From NCBI RefSeq assembly GCF_024166365.1, contig NC_064828.1, positions 30,439,814 through 30,503,813 on the forward strand: DNA of 64,000 bases. The letters run 5' to 3'. Positions 27,181 through 38,945 of the stretch are shown here, one piece after another (within the stretch, counting starts at the first letter, position 1; each line of letters begins with the position of its first letter). A model generated the notes under the pieces. That model did no database searches, had not been told where the DNA came from, and was given only the letters and a program-made list of their open reading frames with translations. The DNA comes from Elephas maximus. Its lineage: Eukaryota. Position numbers and translations under genes: made by a program.

Positions 27181-27383
27181 CTAAACTCTCTTTACTTTGA
27201 AGGCTCTACTAGAGACTTGCTGCTGCTCTAATTCATGACTTGGAGAGGCAAAACTAAAAAAGTTGTTGCTGGGTTCAGGTGCTGTGGGAGAACCCACAAA
27301 AAATGGTCTGAATTGAAAATCTCCATCTCCTCCACCCCGATTTCGAACTGGTGTATTGTCCAAAGGAAACCTGGAGTTGTTCC
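27181..27383 (-). CDS. CCNB1IP1: CCNB1IP1 (HEI10) last coding exon, including the TAG stop. Encodes (G)NNSRFPLDNTPVRNRGGGDGDFQFRPFFVGSPTAPEPSNNFFSFASPSHELEQQQVSSRAFKVKRV*
   Basis: Acceptor cccccag|gg, which completes g+gg=Gly. The translation matches the CCNB1IP1 C-terminus as recalled. Confidence 0.9.
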
Positions 27384-27894
27384 CTGGGGGGAAAAAAAAT
27401 AACGGAAGAACTTAAGCATCTATTTCCTTACTGATCTTTAGGAACAAAAAAACAAAAGCCATTCGATGAACATTTTTAACAGAACTTGACTCCTATGAGA
27501 GTTATGGGTAAAATAAAGACCTAATGTTTGAAGAAGACGACTATGGTTGCCCCAATCTTTACCCCCAACCATAGCATATACTGTACCTTCTTCTGTGATG
27601 CAAGTTCCAGTGATAGCCATGACCTCATCACCAAAAGTAATGACACACTGAGATATGTTTTTATTAGAGCTAGAGTTTACAATATCATAATTTTATCTAT
27701 TTGTTAACTAATCAATTTCAGAGTAAGGGTCTTTTATATATACATACACACACGCATACATATATACAATGTATTTTATATATACATATATATATAAAAG
27801 CTTTTCTTCCAGGTTCCTTAAAAATAATTTTTTAAAAGGTTGTAATAAAGGAAAATGAAGAACACCAAGGCCACACAACAACTAAGAGCCCAAG

Positions 27895-28450
27895 AGATAG
27901 AAAGGGCCACATGAACCAGAGACCTACATCATCCTGAGACCAGAAGAACTAGTTGGTGCCCGGCCACAATCGATGACTGCCCTGACAGGGAGCACAGCAG
28001 AGGACCCCTGAGGGAGCAGGAGATCAGTGGGATGCAGACCCCAAATTCTCATAAAAAGACCAAACTTAATGGTCTGACTGAGACTAGAGGAATCCCGGTG
28101 GCCATGGTCCCCAGACCTTCTGTTGGCACAGGACAGGAACCATCCCCGAAGACAACTCATCAGACATGAAAGGGACTGGTCAGCGGGTGGGAGAGAGACG
28201 CTGATGAAGAGTGAGCTAATTATATCAGGTGGACACTTGAGATTGTGTTGGCAACTCTTGTCTGGAGGGGGGATGGGAGGATAAAGAGAGAGGGAAGCCG
28301 GCAAAATTGTCACGAAAGGAGAGACTGAAAGGGCTGACTCAAGAGGGGAAGAGCAAGTGGGAGAAGGGAGTAAGATGTATGTAAACTTATATGTGACAGA
28401 CTGATTGGATTTGTAAACATTCACTTGAAGCTTAATAAAAGTTAATAAAA
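27895..28450 (+). mobile_element. L1 3'UTR fragment with a poly(A) tail, inside the last CCNB1IP1 intron
   Basis: Homologous to 12860-13382, and ends ...gcttaataaaagttaataaaaaaaaaa. Confidence 0.7.
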
Positions 28451-28594
28451 AAAAAAGGTTGTAATAATCACTCTACAAAAGATATAACAACTATGAAAAA
28501 TGGGCATATAGTCACAGCTCAAGATCAGTTCACAGGCTTAAGAAAAATCAGACAATAGATCAGATTAGATAAGCATGTAATTACTTCCACTGAA

Positions 28595-28686
28595 CACATT
28601 CTTTGCTTCTACAAGTTTGAAGGGGAACGAGTAACCAAAGCACATTCTTTGCTTCTACAAGTTTGAAGGGGAACGAGTAACCAAAG
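28595..28686. repeat. Perfect 46-bp tandem duplication
   Basis: cacattctttgcttctacaagtttgaaggggaacgagtaaccaaag occurs twice, back to back. Confidence 0.9.
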
Positions 28687-29635
28687 GAGATGGCTGACTA
28701 TATCTGCTTCAAGCTAACATTGGTAACAAGAGATAAAAAGGGAGGTATGCACAAAAAAAGGAACAAAAAATAACTAGTAAATATGAAAGAAACCAAAATA
28801 AATATGGGCAGTGACAAGAAGGAATGAGACCATCTACAATGTTCATTGACAATAACACTTTGATTAACTAAATTACAATATATGATTAACTGAGAGTTAA
28901 GCAAAAAAAAACTTTGTGTGTGTTCCTTCTTACATCTGATATTCCTTATCTCATCACCTCACCCCTTCACTTCACCCCTTTTCTAGGACCCTATTCCATC
29001 AAGATCACTTTTCTCCCCTCCTCATCTCTTTGCCCACTAAATCCTTCTCCTTGACCTATAATAAATTTCAATTAAATGAGTATTTAGGAAATTCTAGCAC
29101 AAGAAACTTCTCTTATTTTTGTGTGCCAAAAATCAATTTATATTAATAGCATAGCAAAAATATACTGGATTCTGTCGTATCAAGAGTAGCATAAAGGAGA
29201 GAAATCAGGAAGAGATAGAAGAGTCATTGTGTCTGCCCAGGCAACTAACAAGCAGAAAAGAACCAGTACCATCCTAGATCCCAGAAGGCAGAAATCCTAT
29301 CTGGATACGCTTTATATTTTCATTGACTAAGATTGTGCCTAGCAGCCTGTCACATGAAACATGTTTGAATATCTGATAGGTGAATGAATGAATGAATGAA
29401 GAACAAACCAACCTTACAACCAGCAATAACATTAGAACTATGTAGTCAGTATTGCTGTACAGAAAAAAACTGAAACATGACCTTCCAGGGTAAAACAGTG
29501 TGGGCTCTGTGACCTTGACCAAATTGCTGAGCCGTTCTGTGCCTTGTTTTCTCATCTTTAAAATAGGGTAATAATAATAAAACTTACCTCATAGCATTTT
29601 GAACATTACATAAATACATGTAAAATATTCATAAC

Positions 29636-29775
29636 AATTCAAATCCATTGCCATCGAGTTGATTCCGACTCATAGTGATCCCATAGGACAGAGCAGAACT
29701 GTCCCATAGGGTTTCCAAGGAGCAGCTGGTGAATTCCAACTGCCAACCTTTGGGTTAGCACAATGCTTGCCACCT
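29636..29775 (-). mobile_element. AfroSINE copy, in the last CCNB1IP1 intron
   Basis: caaatccattgccatcgagttgattccgactcatagtgatcccataggacagagcagaactgtcccatagggtttccaaggagcagctggtgaattccaactgccaacctttgggttagc. Confidence 0.7.
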
Positions 29776-30085
29776 AGTAAACAATCAATAAATGTCAGCT
29801 AATAGTACTATTATCACTGCGATAGCTTTTAATTTAAAGTAGTAATTTACAAACTTTCATCTTACAGAGATTAACTCTCTGCTCAAATTAAAGATTTAAC
29901 TTAAATGCAAGCAAATACAACAGGTAAAAGCAGTGATGCACAGGTTAAGACATGGATGAAAAACCCAGAGCCTTCCACCATCCTAGGCCCTTGGAAGCTC
30001 CATGACTGCCTGAAACTCTGCAGAGCTCAATGTAAAAATCGCCGATTTAAAGAACAGATATTGGACATCACATGTCCTTTCTTAC

Positions 30086-30419
30086 CTAATGGAAAGCCAA
30101 AAATACCAGACTGTGCAATCATGGATGGTTCCAGGGTACCTTCTTGGTTAGCAATAGTGATGTTTCGTAGCCTAAGGCTATCATAGAGGCCCTGGAGTTT
30201 TTGATACTGGCGATTGCGCTCCATAAGTTTCTCAGAGATGTCACTGAACTTTTTCTTGTATTCTTCTAGCACTTTCTTCATGGAAGTTACCTCCCCTTTC
30301 ATAGAGGTCAATTCTACATCCTTGCTCTGTATTTGCTGAGTATAGATCTTCTCCATCTGTTTCAGATGACTCTCAGCCTTGCTGAAATTGTACTCTTGAT
30401 AGAGACGTTCCTGATGTAC
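30086..30419 (-). CDS. CCNB1IP1: CCNB1IP1 middle coding exon (coiled-coil region). Encodes VHQERLYQEYNFSKAESHLKQMEKIYTQQIQSKDVELTSMKGEVTSMKKVLEEYKKKFSDISEKLMERNRQYQKLQGLYDSLRLRNITIANQEGTLEPSMIAQSGIFGFPL
   Basis: Acceptor ggaatag|gta and donor tta g|gtaaga, leaving phase 1. It overlaps the track ORF 30027..30356. Confidence 0.9.
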
Positions 30420-31509
30420 CTATTCCAAGACAGAAATGTTACTTTAACATTTAGAACCAGGTTAAGAAGCACTGAGAATGTACAGTAAGATGATTATTAT
30501 AGAAAATAATAGTATGTCAATAAAAACATACCAAAATTTCTGGAGGAGTACTCTTGAACCACTATCATTATACCACCAAAAAAGAAGTGATTTTACTTGT
30601 CTTACTTTAACAAGTGACACGTATTCCAAAGGTTTTCAAGAAATATAATTCAGTTTTCCAAGAAATCATAGTATACAGCATAGACTCTAAGGTAGCACCC
30701 AATTATCCCTGCCTCCTGGTACTTGCCCTCTTGTGTAAACCTCTCCCTTTTAGTGAGGGCAAGACCTGTGACTAGAACGCAGCAAAGGTGATGGGATATC
30801 ACTTCATGGTTGTGTTACATAAGACTGTAAGATCTGTCTTACAAGAACACTATCCCTTGCTGGCTTTGAGAAAGCAGTAGCCACATGGGAAAGGCACACA
30901 TGGCAAGTAACTGAGGGCAGTCTCTGATTAACATAAATAAGAAACTAAGGCCCTCAGTCTGACAGTTCACTGGGAGGTAAATGCTGCCAACCACTACGTG
31001 AGTTTGGAATTGGATTCCTCCCCAGTGGCACATAAGATAAGACCCTAGCCCCAACCAACACCTTGATTGCAGCCTTATGGGACCTTGACCTAAGCAGAGG
31101 ACCCAGTTAAGCTATGCCTGGACACTTAACCAACAGAAGCTATGAAATAATAAATGTACACTATTTTAAGATATTAAATTTCTTGTTAATGGTACTAACT
31201 TTGTTACACAGCAATAAACCAAGCCAAATCCACTGCCATCGAGTCAACTCCAACCCGTAGCGACCCCATGTGTTACAAAGCAGAACCGCTCCACAGGGTT
31301 TTCTTGGCTGTAATCTTAATGCAAGATTGCCAGGAGGACTGCCAACTATGAAAACAGAAATAAATTTGGCTTATCTTTGGGTTTACTGTCCTCTAAATAT
31401 TCTGACAGAAATGAAACCCAAGCACTCTTTTTTACTTTTTTCACCATTTTTAATTTGTCCATTCTATACAGTTTGATGCAACTCTACCAAGTCTGGGCTA
31501 TCTGATCCT

Positions 31510-31680
31510 CCTGGCTGTTAATCTAAACGTTGGTGGTTCAAACCCACCCATCGGCACCTCAGAAGAAAAGCCTGGTGATCTGCTTCCATAAAGATTACAG
31601 CCAAGAAAACCCTATGGAGCAGTTCTACTCTGTAATACACACAGTCACCATGAGTCAGAATCAACAAGTTTGGTTTGGTC
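31510..31680 (+). mobile_element. AfroSINE copy, with a partial opposite-strand copy at 31216-31330
   Basis: ggtggttcaaacccacccatcggcacctcagaagaaaagcctggtgatctgcttccataaagattacagccaagaaaaccctatggagcagttctactctg. Confidence 0.65.
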
Positions 31681-32126
31681 TGGTCTGGTCTGGTTTGGGT
31701 ATATACTCCCACAGCACGCTGTTCTTCCCTTATGTTTGAAAACATTTAAAATGTATTATAAATGCCTGGGTTTTTTTTCTTTTTTTTTTAATCTTCATCC
31801 CCAACTAACCTGTTGCCTCCTTGAGGCTCATATGCCTTTGTCATTATTGTGCACCCAATACCTAAGAAGGTTCATGAAATATAATATAAATGTTTACTGG
31901 TACTCAAAAATAAATGTTAATTGACTATATGAGGAAAAAAATGAGTAAAGAAAGAAAACTTTATTTCTAGCTACATTTACAACTCATTCACTAATTTCTA
32001 CCATACCTGAAAAGAAGAAAACAACAGCACAAGTATGTCTTCAATCAATCCTATCCCAAATAGGAATCTACTTTAAGGTACAGCTTCTACTTATTCAGTC
32101 AATAAAGATTTATTTAAACTTAAGAA

Positions 32127-32320
32127 GGAACCCTGGTGGTACAATGGTTAAGTGCTCAGCTGCTAACCTAAAGGTCAGGGGTTCAAAATCACCAGCCACT
32201 CCAAAGGAGAAAACGCCTGGATCTGCTCCTGTAAAGACTGCAGCTAGGAAACTCTATGGGGCAGTTCTACTCTGCCCTATAAGGCTGCTATGAGTCAGAA
32301 TCAACTAGACAGTACACAGC
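32127..32320 (+). mobile_element. AfroSINE copy
   Basis: ggaaccctggtggtacaatggttaagtgctcagctgctaacctaaaggtcaggggttcaaaatcaccagcc...ctatggggcagttctactctgccctataaggctgctatgagtcagaatcaac. Confidence 0.7.
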
Positions 32321-32984
32321 AAAAAAGACCAGTACCTATGGTGGTCGCTAAGGACTCAATGATGTGTAAGAATCAAAAACTGACCTTGAACAACCTTCCT
32401 AACTTAAGACGAACAAGTATGCAGATAATTGCAATACAATATAAATAAGTGTAAGATATAAGAGCATATAAGAGGGGAACCTTACATAGAAAAATATAAT
32501 AAAAATGTTATTTGATTGATGGTAAATACAACCAACAAAATACATTATAATAAATGCATATGCAAGTTATAACAATACGCTCGAGGACATGATTAAAGTT
32601 CTCCACAGGAAGATCTTTCTAAGAAGGCACCAAACACAGAAATCATAAAGAAGAAGATTGATATATCTGAATACATAAACATTTTAAACTTCTGTATGTC
32701 AAAAAATCAATGAAGACTAATAAAAGGTAAGTGAGAAATGAAGAAAATCTCTTGCAACATTTGAATTATTTATATAGAGAGACAAAATTCCTACAAATTA
32801 GTAGGAAAATAAACACAGCAACTGAAACAGACAATTCATAAAAGAAGAAATATATAAAAATAAATAAAACACGTTCATCTTACAAGTTATCAAAGATGAC
32901 AAATTTAAAGAACAATGAGATTCTATTTTACCTGTATCTAATTGGTGAGCAGAAGGTGTACAGAACCAAGCGCTCTCATATGCT

Positions 32985-33560
32985 TTTTTTTTTTATTATT
33001 AACTTTTATTGAGCTTCAAGTGAACGTTTACAAATCAAGTCAGTCTGTCACATATAAGTTTATATACATCTTACTCCTTACTCCCACTTGCTCTCCCCCT
33101 AATGAGTCAGCCCTTCCAGTCTCTTCTTTCGTGACAATTTTGCCAGCTTTCCACTCTCTCTATCCTCCCATCCCCCCTCCAGACAGGAGATGCCAACACA
33201 GTCTCAAGTGTCCACCTGATATAATTAGCTCACTCTTCTTCAGCATCTCTCTCCTACTCACTGTCCAGTCCCTTTCATGTCTGATGAGTTGTCTTCGGGA
33301 ATGGTTCCTGTTTTGTGCCAACAGCAGGTTTGGGGACCATGCCCGCCGGGATTCCTCTAGTCACAGTCAGACCATTAAGTATGGTCTTTTTATGAGAATT
33401 TGGGGTCTGCATCCCACTGATCTCCTGTTCCCTCAGGGGTTCTCTATTGTGCTCCCTGTCAGGGCAGTCATTGGTTGTGGCCGGGCACCATCTAGTTCTT
33501 CTGGTCTCAGGATGATGTAGGTCTCTGGTTCATGTGGCCCTTTCTACCTCTTGGGCTCTT
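32985..33560 (-). mobile_element. L1 3'UTR fragment in inverted orientation, with a poly(T) at its left end
   Basis: Reverse complement of the same L1 3' end family. It begins with tttttttttttattattaacttttattgagcttcaagtgaacgtttacaaa. Confidence 0.7.
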
Positions 33561-34470
33561 AGTTGTCGTGTGACTTTGGTGTTCTTCATTCTCCTTTGCT
33601 CCAGGTGGGTTCAGACCAATTGATGCATCTTAGATGGCCACTTGTTAGCACTTAAGACCCCAGACACCACATTTCAAAGTGGGATGCAGAATGTTTTCAT
33701 AACAGAAGTATTTTGCCAATTGCCTTAGAAGTCCCCTTAGAGTCTCATATGCTTTTTGAGGGAACACTAATTGATAAAGCCTTATTGAAGGACAATTGGA
33801 AAACATACTGTAATTTATGAAAACTTTAAAATGTTTTTATCCACTTTTAGGAATTTAATCTTAACAAATAATTAAGGATGTCAATTTGACTATAAGAACA
33901 TTCTTCACAACTTTTTTTATAGCTTGGAAACAAATCATGATACAATGCAACCATAAAAATGATGATTACAGAATATTTAGCCTAAATTTTTAATACAATA
34001 TTCATAATAGATATATTAACTTTAACTGGCCATAAAAACAATGTGTGGTATTATCCTATTTTTGCACATAAATATATATATATGCAGAGAAAAAGTCAAG
34101 TAATACACAAAAATATTAACACGGTTATCTCTAAGTGATGGAATTATGGTTGGTTTTTAAATTTTTCTTCCTTTTCGATTTTCAACAACATACAACTTTG
34201 TAAAAAAGAAAACAATTTATTAAAAAGAAAGTTTTTCTGAAAGGGCTGACTCAATAGGGGGAGAGCAAGTGGGAGAAGGGAGTATGATGTATGTAAACCT
34301 ACATGTGACAGACTGATTGGAATGGTAAATGTTCACTTGAAGCTTAATAAAAATTAATTAAAAAAAAAAAGAAAGTTTTTCATACATTCATAAAACAACA
34401 GTGAAGGAAAACACTGAAAGCGCCCACATATGCCTCAAGTCATACTCTCCAGAGATACCTAAGCACTAAC

Positions 34471-34767
34471 CTGATATGTCCAGAAGGCCAGCGCTCGGGA
34501 GCTAATGTCCAATACAATCTCTGGTCGCAGTCCTGCCAACACCATGGCCTTATATTCCTCTGATGGACTGAGTTCTGTGCGGACAATATCTAGCTTTCCA
34601 GAAAGGGTACTGTTGCAGGCAGGGCAGATAGCTGGTGAACGACTAAACTCTCCACTGCCATGCTGATCACAGAAGATGTGAGAGCAGGCAGTGACCCACG
34701 CATAACCAGAGAGTTTAAGGCGACACTTCCGATAATTACAAAGCAGCATGTCTTCACACAAAGACAT
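34471..34767 (-). CDS. CCNB1IP1: CCNB1IP1 first coding exon, covering the RING-type zinc finger. The ATG is at 34767. Encodes MSLCEDMLLCNYRKCRLKLSGYAWVTACSHIFCDQHGSGEFSRSPAICPACNSTLSGKLDIVRTELSPSEEYKAMVLAGLRPEIVLDISSRALAFWTYQ
   Basis: An upstream acceptor cttttcag at 34792 adds a short 5'UTR. Donor cag|gttagt. The three coding exons sum to 834 nt, which is 277 codons plus a stop, the same length as human CCNB1IP1. Confidence 0.9.
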
Positions 34768-36103
34768 AATGGAAGAATAAGGTCTCCAGACGCTGAAAAG
34801 AATTCTAATAGGGATAAATAAGAAGGCTGAATAGGACAAATTGCAATGAAAATAAAGAAGCAAGTCCATAAATTTTTTAAATGAAATATGCAATGTAGTT
34901 ATTACATTTTATTATGTATTTGTATTTTATTATAATCATATTGATTTCAGTCACTCAAAGATATTAGCTGTGTTCCTTTATTGTGCAAACCATTGCAAAG
35001 ACCATGAAAAAAAATTTTTTAAACAAATACAGGTGGTTTCTAATCTAATTTACTAAGATTGAAAATGTGTGCACAGAAATAAACTTTAGGAACTTGTTGG
35101 TACAAACAAGTAAAAACTAAATCAGTGATTTTTGCCCTTCCTCAGTACCTAAACAAAAATCCAAATTTATTATCCATTCATGGTTTGCTAGATTGTTTTA
35201 GTACATCTCACACTTGACAGATATAAAAGTCTAGGCACTGATTTCAGCCATTCGTTAGTGTCAAGTATTTTAAGCTACATTTTTAGGTTTTCCATATTTG
35301 CTATGATTTCTCAGATTCTTCACGTGTTGCCTTGTTAAAAAAAAAAGAGTAGCAGCCTGCTAGAAGTAGATGAAAACTAATCTGCTTCATCCAAGTAATT
35401 GGCCATTATGAAGCCTGAAAGCCTTCAGAAAAGCAGGTGATGTTCTTATCATCACAATTCACCTGTTAATATGAACACTAGTCAATGCTATGCTTCTAAT
35501 GAAAGCGTTTGTAAAAATAAATAAATACTATTTTTTAAGTTACTTTTCAGTATAGTGGCCACTCCCATTAGAATTATACTAACCCTAACAGGGCAGCAAT
35601 ATTCTGGACCTACCAAAACAAGTCATATACTTCATACTCCGTATAAAATCGTGACAAACCAATTATACACCAAATGTTCTCATTTATCAACTGACAAATT
35701 CTGTCAGTTGCCTCAGATATAGGGGTCAACAAGGACACCCTGACACCTTTATCCCGTGTCCTCTCTGGGTGAGTCTTCATTGGTATGTGGCACCTGGCAG
35801 CGGGAGTTATCAGGCTTACTTTACCTCCGGAAGGGTAACAGGCAAAGGGGACACAGAAGAGCTGGGGACAGTCTTGAAATTGAGTCCTTTCTCTGGCAGA
35901 GCAAGATGTACAGCTAATTCCAAGATTTCCACAAAGTGAAGAAAGGAGTCAATTTAGTGGGCTGCCCAAGATATCCAGAGGCAAGTTTTTAGACCAACAA
36001 AAACTTCACTCTGGGATTCTTAGCCTGCCTTACCGCGCTAAAAAGAATAAAGAATAATGATAGTGATTACAGTAATAATAATAATACAAATAAAAATACT
36101 TAC

Positions 36104-36300
36104 CCTGAGGCGCCAAGAAAAAGCGCGGGAAAACACCGTTGCCACCGCAACTTCACGACGAGCGAGACTGCCCAGCTCGCGCGCGGACACCGCGCGAGAG
36201 CGCATGCGCGGAGTGGCTCCACGACTCGGGCCGCTCAGGATCCTGGGACCTACCGGGCGGTGGCGCCAGAGCTGAAGCTGCGCTGAGAGGGCGGCTCTTC
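36104..36300 (-). other. CCNB1IP1: Putative non-coding 5' exon of CCNB1IP1 inside a CpG island. The 3' end at the donor is precise; the 5' end at the transcription start is approximate.
   Basis: A strong minus-strand donor cctcagg|gtaagtat ends the exon at 36104. It is immediately flanked by a CpG-rich block spanning 36110-36460. Confidence 0.5.
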
Positions 36301-36460
36301 CTGACCACGCTCGTTGTAGGCTCTCCAAGGCGGCGAATCCGGCTGCTCCTAGTACGATCGGCCACTTCAGAGCCCCGCAGATACAGTCACAGAGTGCCGT
36401 TAACCGCCCTCTATTGGCACAAGTGTAACACCGTCGCTATCGTTGGTCTTAAACATTTGA
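36110..36460. promoter_or_regulatory. CpG island or internal promoter. It contains the NRF-1-type palindrome GCGCATGCGC at 36200-36209 and a minus-strand CCAAT motif (attgg) at 36413-36417.
   Basis: Very high CpG density, and overlapping stop-free ORFs on both strands that are typical of a CpG island. The motifs were read directly from the sequence. Confidence 0.6.
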
Positions 36461-36745
36461 AATAAAAGCCTCTTGAGGCGAGACCAGGGAAGAGCTGAGA
36501 GAAGGTAGCAGGCCGGATTGTGCCCCAGGTGCAGGGTACAGGCAGGCGTTTGACCTGGGAAATTTTTGGAATTCCCAACACAGGATTTGAGTTTTTTTTT
36601 TTTTTTCCAGGAGAAATTCCTAGAAAGGATGTGATTCCTGTAATTGGACAGCTATCACTTCCATCGTGAAACAGATTCTACCGTTTCCTTTTTAATGCAT
36701 CTTGGAACAGAAATCTTTGCAGCTTTTATAGATTCTCTAAATGCA

Positions 36746-36915
36746 AGTTAAGGAGCCCTGGTGAGCAATTATTAAGCGCTCAGCTGCTAATGGGAAGATA
36801 AGTGGTTCAAACCTACCAGAGGCTCCAAGACCTGGCGATCCGTTTCCCTAAAGATTACAGCCAAGGACCCTTATGAGGCAGTTGTACTCTGTCATACAGT
36901 GTCCCTGAGACTCAA
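36746..36915 (+). mobile_element. AfroSINE copy (diverged)
   Basis: ggagccctggtgagcaattattaagcgctcagctgctaatgggaagataagtggttcaaacctaccagaggctcc...cctaaagattacagccaaggacccttatgaggcagttgtactctgtcatacagtgtccctgag. Confidence 0.6.
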
Positions 36916-38743
36916 CTACAAACAACAAGTACATTTTACAAAATATAACTTTCCTTGACTGAGTGCATTATGAACATTCATTACAGCCCAGTAGGGTCAG
37001 GTGTCACATCGTTTTTAAGGTTATATGCCTGTTCACACTCCTTGAACGGCTGTGCTGTTTAAATGTACCTGTTTTACCCTAATGCTGTTACCTGTCATAT
37101 CTTGTGCTTTCCTATAGCAGCCACGCTATTTTCTACATAATCTGCATGGGCCTATTAAAATTTAGATTAAAAATTAGAGGAGGGCTTGAGGGATCCTCAC
37201 GGGTCCATCAGTTTCCAATTTTCATTCCATTTTGGCTAAAGACCTTCAGAAATAACCCACGTATTTCCCAACACATTTTACCAAGTTAAAATAAAAAAAG
37301 GAGGGGGGGAGCTACAAAGTCTTAATGTCTGTCCAGTAGCCTAGAACACTGTGAACTGACCCAACCTGCTTCGTAGTGGCATGTGTCCCATTCTCTCATG
37401 GCACAAACTCTTCACTGGATCTGTTCTAGGGGGGTCCCTGGAGACAAAAACCACTGAAATCAAACATGGGACTCAGGGACCTCAGAATCGACTAGACGAC
37501 AATGGGTAGTGGGTCTCATCCACCAAAGAGCTTTTAAAAAGTATTTTTATTGTTAAATATCAGGCATGACAGAAATGTATAATGACCATCGCTCAGCTTT
37601 AATAAACCCAACCCTTTCTCACATTTGTGTATTTTTTAAGGAAATAACACATTATGGGGCAGTTCTACTGTGTCCTACAGGGTCGCTATGAGTTGGAATC
37701 GACTCGACGGCACTGAAGCCTCCTGTGTATGCCTGAATCCTATTTTCCTCCTCCTTTTCTGGATGTTAAAAACAAGCTACATTTTGTTAACCATTTCTCA
37801 TATATGCTTTTAATCATTTTTGATGTACACTGCTTTTGAGGTTTATTCAAGTTACTACACACACATCCCATTAATTCATTTTAACAGCCATGTACCACAT
37901 ATATTATCATTTATTTATCCACTCTTTTATGAATATCTAATAGGCATCTATTTGGCTCAAGGTTTTCGCTATTAAAAACACTGCAATAAACCCTTTGTAC
38001 ATGGCTCAAGTAAACATGCAAGAATTTCTACAGAATACCAAGAGGCAAAACTGATGGGTTAGCATGTAAGTACATTCAAATGAATTAAATGTTGTAAAAC
38101 CATTCCCCAAAGCAGTAATATAAATTGACACTGCCACCAGCAAAGTGCATGAGAGGCCACTGCTACAGACTCAGCAACACGTGGACGTGTCAGGTTTTTT
38201 GCTTTGTTTGAATTTCTGCCCATCAGAAATGATATCTCAATGTTGTTGAAGTTCAATTCCCTGATTGCTAGAGTTTAAGCATCTTTGCATGTGAATGACT
38301 ATTCACAGATCCTTATCTGTGAATTGCCTATTCATATCCTTTGCTCATTTCCTTGATTTATATGGAGTCCTTTGTCAGTTACATCGCATATGAATACAAG
38401 CTTGAAATTCTAGTGTACACAAATCTATCAACCTTTATTATGTCTACTCCAAAGTCATATTCTATGTTTTAACGTTTTGTTTTGCATATGTAGATCTTTA
38501 AGCCATTCTTCCTAATGTAAGGATTCTGGGTAATAACAGAAGTTGTAAGGGGAAAAGTGGCTACAACATTCAAGAAAGCAAAAATTCCAACAACCTCCGT
38601 GTTTCATGAACATGGTAGTCCAGTCTCATTTCCAGGTTATATTTAACATGCAAGGAGTTTAAAATACACATGAAAATACTGGAAATAGTGTACTTCATGT
38701 ATTTTTAGAATGAAATTTAACAGTCACTACTGCCTATACAACA

Positions 38744-38945
38744 AGGAGCCCTGTTGGTACAATGGTTAAGCACTCAGCTGCTAACCAAAAGTTCAGTGGC
38801 TCAAACCCACAGCTACTCTGTGGGAGTAAAGACCTGGAGATCGGCTCCCATAAAGATTACAGCCTAGGAAAACCTATGGGGCAGTTCTACTCTGCCCTAT
38901 ACAGTTGCTATGAATCAAAATCGACTCAATGGCACACAACAAGAT
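38744..38945 (+). mobile_element. AfroSINE copy
   Basis: ggagccctgttggtacaatggttaagcactcagctgctaaccaaaagttcagtggctcaaacccacagc...cataaagattacagcctaggaaaacctatggggcagttctactctgccctatacagttgctatgaatcaaaatcgactcaatggc. Confidence 0.7.

Noticed and set aside
27924-28424. A recurrent 150-190 aa ORF at 27924..28424 (-), 32942..33520 (+), 44594..45112 (-) and 55698..56171 (-) that looks like a four-member gene family
   Set aside because: All copies are the antisense strand of the roughly 550-bp L1 3'UTR. The sense strand ends in poly(A), and each copy is contiguous with L1 ORF2 sequence or truncated from it. The ORF is a repeat artefact.
36038-36465. Four overlapping ORFs of 70-108 aa on both strands (36038..36328 on -, 36057..36275 on +, 36139..36465 on +, 36153..36365 on -)
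   Set aside because: They lie inside a CpG island. Stop-poor GC-rich sequence yields long Arg/Ala/Pro-rich ORFs in every frame. There is no protein-like composition and no splice context, and the region is better explained as a promoter or 5' exon of CCNB1IP1.
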